Shown piece by piece: positions 47,357-51,415 of a DNA stretch of 51,415 nucleotides (positions within the stretch are counted from its first letter, which is position 1; each line of letters starts with the position of its first letter). The position numbers and the translations under genes are program-made. This DNA is from Myxococcota bacterium (lineage in GTDB: Bacteria; Myxococcota; SpSt-1050), in contig JBMFOP010000007.1 in assembly GCA_049969675.1 (NCBI GenBank), forward strand, positions 1-51,415, given 5' to 3'. The notes under the pieces are model-generated. The model was given only the letters and a program-made list of their open reading frames with translations. It was not told the DNA's origin and did not search any database.

Positions 47357-48310
47357 TCAACCAAAAACTTTCTTAATAATCTCATCCGCAATAATATATG
47401 GATTTGAGATCTTCTGTTCAAGCCTCTTTATCAACTCATCGGTACCACCAATTTCACTCTCTATAATTCTATCTATATTTCTATTGATATGTAATTTTAT
47501 TATATCCTTGAGTTCAATATAATCTCTTCTGGCATTGAGTTGAGAGATCTTCCCGGATTGCTGTATAAATTGTAAATGTTGCTCAATCTCCTCAACTAAT
47601 TTATCCATCCCCTCTCCGCTAATACCATTAGTTGTGATGATAGGTGGAGTGCGAATATTCTCTGGAGCCCCTTTTAGTTCAAGCATAAGTCTTAAATCTC
47701 TCACTGTCTTTTCCACACCGTCTCTGTCAGCCTTATTTACTATGAATATATCAGCGATCTCCAGAATACCAGCCTTTATGGCCTGGATATCATCCCCGAG
47801 CCCCGGTACTGTAACTACGATAGTAGTATGAGCGAGCTTAATTATATCTATCTCATCCTGTCCCACCCCTACTGTTTCAATAATTATTATATCTTTCCCC
47901 ATCGCCTCCATTACTCTTACAATTGAGGATGTAGATGTTGAGAGCCCGCCCAGATTCCCCCGTGTGGCAACCGACCTTACAAATACCTCAGGGTCGTTTG
48001 AATGCTCCTGCATCCTGATCCTATCGCCCAGAATGGCACCACCAGAGAATGGACTTGATGGGTCAACAGCAACTATACCTAACTTCTTATTTTTCTTCCT
48101 GAATTCTCTAATAAGATTGTTGATTATGGTGCTTTTGCCAGCCCCGGGATTCCCTGTAACTCCAATTATATGCGAATTGCCAGAATATTTGTGAATCTCT
48201 TTTAATATCTCACAGGCATCGCTCTCCCCATCATCTATCCTTCTTATCAATCTCGCGGCGGATCTTATATCTCCGCATCTTATCTTTTCTACTATTTTGT
48301 CATCTATCAT
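47357..48310 (-). CDS. meaB: Methylmalonyl-CoA mutase-associated GTPase MeaB
   Basis: GVTGNPGAGKST, VDPSSPFSGGAILGDRIRM, ETVGVGQDE, GDDIQAIKAGILE, NKAD. Confidence 0.96.
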   Translation of the reverse strand: MIDDKIVEKIRCGDIRSAARLIRRIDDGESDACEILKEIHKYSGNSHIIGVTGNPGAGKSTIINNLIREFRKKNKKLGIVAVDPSSPFSGGAILGDRIRMQEHSNDPEVFVRSVATRGNLGGLSTSTSSIVRVMEAMGKDIIIIETVGVGQDEIDIIKLAHTTIVVTVPGLGDDIQAIKAGILEIADIFIVNKADRDGVEKTVRDLRLMLELKGAPENIRTPPIITTNGISGEGMDKLVEEIEQHLQFIQQSGKISQLNARRDYIELKDIIKLHINRNIDRIIESEIGGTDELIKRLEQKISNPYIIADEIIKKVFG

Positions 48311-48385
48311 AAGTCAGATTCCCTCAATCACTTCTATCTGATTAGATATTAACTAAAGAATCAATGCAAGTGAAAAGATAATCAC

Positions 48386-49165
48386 CTAAAAAAATCTCTT
48401 CCTCAAAATTTCAAAGATAAGTAATATCATAGTCAATGATAATAATGGCTTTATTATCTTCTCCTTCTTCTCAAGTGCAATAGTTGAACCTAATATATTT
48501 CCTGCTATACCTGATACAGCAGTAAATATTGCAAGGGGGAAGAGCACTTTATTATTGGATAAGAAGACTACAAGTGAGCCAAAATTGCTACCAAGATTGC
48601 ATAATCGTGCAGTGCCCGAGGCAATTATCAGTTCAAGACCTATTAATGAGTTAAATGCAATTGTGAGAAATGTCCCCGTCCCCGGGCCAAAGAAGCCATC
48701 ATAAAAGCCAATCAATAATCCTGTGATAGCAGAATATATATCAGTCCTGATGGACTTTTCTATTGTTCTCTTAATTTTCCTATTTGGGATGACGACATCT
48801 TTTAGAAGGAAGAATATCAGTACAGAAGGTGTTATAATCAGTACGACATAGTGGATTATCTCCTCACTCATAAGAGTTGCGACCTTAGAACCTATAGCAG
48901 AACCTATAATAGATGAGATTGTGGCAATAATTGCTATCCTTATATTTACTGCATTATTTCTGAGATATTTTATTGAGGCAAATAGCGTTCCGAAGAAGCC
49001 AGAGAATTTATTCGTCCCGAGTGCTATATGAGGAGGAATACCAAAGGCAAAATATGCTGGAAGTGTGATTATACCACCTCCGCCCGCTATTGAATCTACA
49101 AACCCTCCCAAAAAGATCAAAATTATTAGCAGGATAAAATTGATTGAGTAGAAGTCAATATTCAT
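48386..49165 (-). CDS. TSUP (TauE/SafE) family transporter
   Basis: GFVDSIAGGGG.ITLP, ALGTNK, IGFYDGFFGPGTG. Confidence 0.93.
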   Translation of the reverse strand: MNIDFYSINFILLIILIFLGGFVDSIAGGGGIITLPAYFAFGIPPHIALGTNKFSGFFGTLFASIKYLRNNAVNIRIAIIATISSIIGSAIGSKVATLMSEEIIHYVVLIITPSVLIFFLLKDVVIPNRKIKRTIEKSIRTDIYSAITGLLIGFYDGFFGPGTGTFLTIAFNSLIGLELIIASGTARLCNLGSNFGSLVVFLSNNKVLFPLAIFTAVSGIAGNILGSTIALEKKEKIIKPLLSLTMILLIFEILRKRFF

Positions 49166-49278
49166 AACTATCTCTTTATCTCAATGAAATCCGAATATTC
49201 TTCTACAGCCCTCTCAAACTCTCCTATAAAATTTTTGTCTCTCAGTATAAATTCTCTGATAAAATAATAATCTCTTCT

Positions 49279-49307
49279 TTGACATAATTATCTATTCATA
49301 GTATCCT
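49279..49307 (+). promoter_or_regulatory. Putative sigma70 promoter, leaderless geometry
   Basis: TTGACA-17 nt-TATCCT, ATG 7 nt later, no SD. Confidence 0.5.
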
Positions 49308-49314
49308 TTCAGCA

Positions 49315-51122
49315 ATGAGTATTTTACTTCTATCTATAAATCTCATTGGAATTATTTATTCGGTGCAGGATTTACCAGAATTCGTGGATATTACTGAGAG
49401 TGCTATCTACAATGAAAAGCCAGCAGGTTCATTTATTTCTATTAGAGATTATGATGGAGATGGACTTGATGATATCTTGATTGATCATAGACTCTTAAAG
49501 AATATAAGTTATTATAACATTTCATTTTATGATGTTACAGATGAGGCTGGACTTGGTGATGCAAAGGGCCATGGCACATTTGTTGATTTAAATGGGGATC
49601 TATGTCCAGATATAATCTTTTACGGAGTTGATTGTGATATACAGATTTACAGGAATGATTGCAGGGGTAATTTTATCAGGATGAAAGAGTTTAAGGGCTT
49701 TGAGAATTGTAGATATACAGAGGCAATCACTTATCTATATCACAATGATTTTTACTTTCCGATTATATATTGTGCAACATATGAAAAAGATAATAGATAT
49801 TTCAGAGATTATTTGTATGCCACAGATGGGGATTTTTCATTCTTTGATGTCTCCTATCTGATAAAATCTCAATGGTTTACAACTGATACCCCTTCAAGAT
49901 GTGCCATATCAGGCGATATAAATAATGACGGACTTATGGACATCTATGTTTGTAATTATAGATTATTTCCAAATTTTATGTTTTTACAAAGAGATTCCGG
50001 TATTTTTACTAACGAGGCAATTAACCTTGATGTAGCATCTATTCTTAAAAAGGACTCGGAAGTGATTGCGGGTTCTCATACGATAGGTGCGGTACTTTCA
50101 GACTTAAATAATGATGGTATTTTTGAGATTCTCCTTGCAAACCTATCCCACAACGATTATGAAAGGGGATATTATAATGTCAAATCACAGATTTTTTCTT
50201 ATGATAGAAATTATAAGGGTTTTAGAGATATAAGAGAATATTCCGGGATAAATATAGATAAGGTAGGGAGCAATATAAACGGGGTTTATAGAGACGAACT
50301 CTTCTCCAATGTTCTGGTCTCTGATTTTAACAATGATGGATTAAAAGATATCTTATTTACTCAGGTCTATAATACATCATATTCTTATGGAAGATTTTTT
50401 TGTGCAGTTAGTGATAGTCCCTACTTTGTAGAGAGCACATTTGTCTCAATTCCAATGTTTTATGATTCTATGGGGGCGGCTGCATCTGATCTGAATAGAG
50501 ATGGCTGTATGGATATTGTTTGGCTGCAAAAAGTAGAGGGGACATTAATCGTCATCTGATGATACTTCAGAATCTCTGTAATTATAAAGGAGACTATATT
50601 GACTTTAAATTGCATAATGGCTTTTCAAAGGGTGGTTCGGAGGGTTCAAAGGTCCTGATTCATATTAAGAAAAATGGTGAAGAGAGGATGTTGGTTGGGC
50701 AGGTTGAGTCAACAAATTCTGGATTTGGTCAACAGAACTCAGAGATTATTCACTTTGGGTTGGGTGTTGATTATAAGATTGAGAGGGTAGAGGTGGAGTG
50801 GAATTCTGGCACTTTTCAAATAATTTACAATTTCAAAATAAATTCAATAAATAATATTGTAGAGCCAGTTCCAATATGCAAAATAAATAGAGTTGTAGTT
50901 ATTTCTGATTATTATTACATCCTTTCCAATTGTAAAAGGGATGAATATTTTTTATTTCTTGGGAACAGCTGCTCCAGTGAGTTAAGAGAGATTTTTTCAA
51001 ATATCCAGAAAGACCAGATTTATGAAAATGATGACTTTTGTAAAGATTATATTCTTATTTTACAGCCTGATGGGGTAGGTAGAAAATACCTTTTTGACCA
51101 ACTGGTTTCTGATTTAAAATAA
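49315..51122 (+). pseudogene. CRTAC1-family (FG-GAP/VCBS repeats + ASPIC/UnbV) protein split by one frameshift
   Basis: DYDGDGLDD, DLNGD, DINNDGLMD, DLNNDG, DFNNDG, DLNRDG repeats in ORF1; QNSEIIHFGLG..VEW.SG in ORF2; one extra T at 50519-50521 fuses them (about 602 aa). Confidence 0.8.
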
Positions 51123-51415
51123 AATAAGCCTGCGGGGTCTGTCATAGAATTTATACCCAAACTTTTCGTGATCCGTCTTCTACCTCTCTTAAAGAGCCCA
51201 ATTATTGCCTTTGACATCAATAGCTTAACTCCTTGCTCTTTGCGATAATCGCCTATTATATTGGCGCGCTTCTTCTTGGGTAACATCGGGAGGGGTTGTC
51301 TCAATGCTGTAACGATGAACTGCCTTGACCAGGATATTCATCATCTTTTTGCAGATGTCGTTGATGTGAGTAAAGTACTAAAGGATACTGCCCTTTGAGC
51401 CATCGTTATAGATGG
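51123..51415 (-). pseudogene. Possible decayed coding sequence running off the window edge
   Basis: One frame reads IYNDGSKGSIL*YFTHINDICKKMMNILVKAVHRYSIETTPPDVTQEEARQYNRRLSQRARS*... with in-frame stops. Confidence 0.3.

Noticed and set aside
46870..47376. 168-aa plus-strand ORF and the many other short antisense ORFs in the track
   Set aside because: They overlap well-supported opposite-strand genes and show Ser/Ile/Pro-rich shadow composition
47357..48310. meaB without an adjacent mutase
   Set aside because: Dispersed mutase and meaB genes are common; nothing unusual in the sequence
1..51415. Selenocysteine/pyrrolysine read-through, tRNA/rRNA genes, riboswitches
   Set aside because: Recognised genes end at expected lengths; no T-loop/cloverleaf or riboswitch consensus seen by eye (tRNAscan/Infernal needed to exclude)

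Overview
AT-rich, gene-dense chromosomal segment of a diderm bacterium with anaerobic amino-acid metabolism. Cys-rich lipoproteins with Asp-periodic linkers, a GCSC C-terminal tag, a TPR-zincin protein and a split nuoEF-JKLMN operon suggest a Myxococcota/'deltaproteobacterial' lineage (inference). Contents in order: buk-iorAB-ptb-P5C dehydrogenase; two radical SAM genes-LonC-like protease-TPR/zincin-nth-nfi; a secreted HExxH metalloprotease; gyrA-cyclophilin-fused membrane/spermidine-synthase protein; acyl-CoA dehydrogenase; aminotransferase-ppx-aspartokinase-like-comEA; envelope lipoproteins; a UbiA/MenA prenyltransferase; rmuC; nuoEFJKLMN; uncharacterised envelope genes; trxA, meaB, a TSUP transporter; a frameshifted CRTAC1/ASPIC gene. 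No rRNA, tRNA, CRISPR array or intact mobile element was seen, but long intergenic gaps hold IS debris and two dispersed repeat families. The most notable signals are an aspartokinase pseudo-enzyme that keeps a nested beta-subunit start, a TPR-zincin pseudo-peptidase beside LonC and two radical SAM genes, a MYXO-CTERM-like tail with no TM helix, an unannotated 34-aa very basic protein with a strong RBS, and a Cys-rich insertion in the IorA ferredoxin domain. All calls are by-eye motif recognition; no searches were run.
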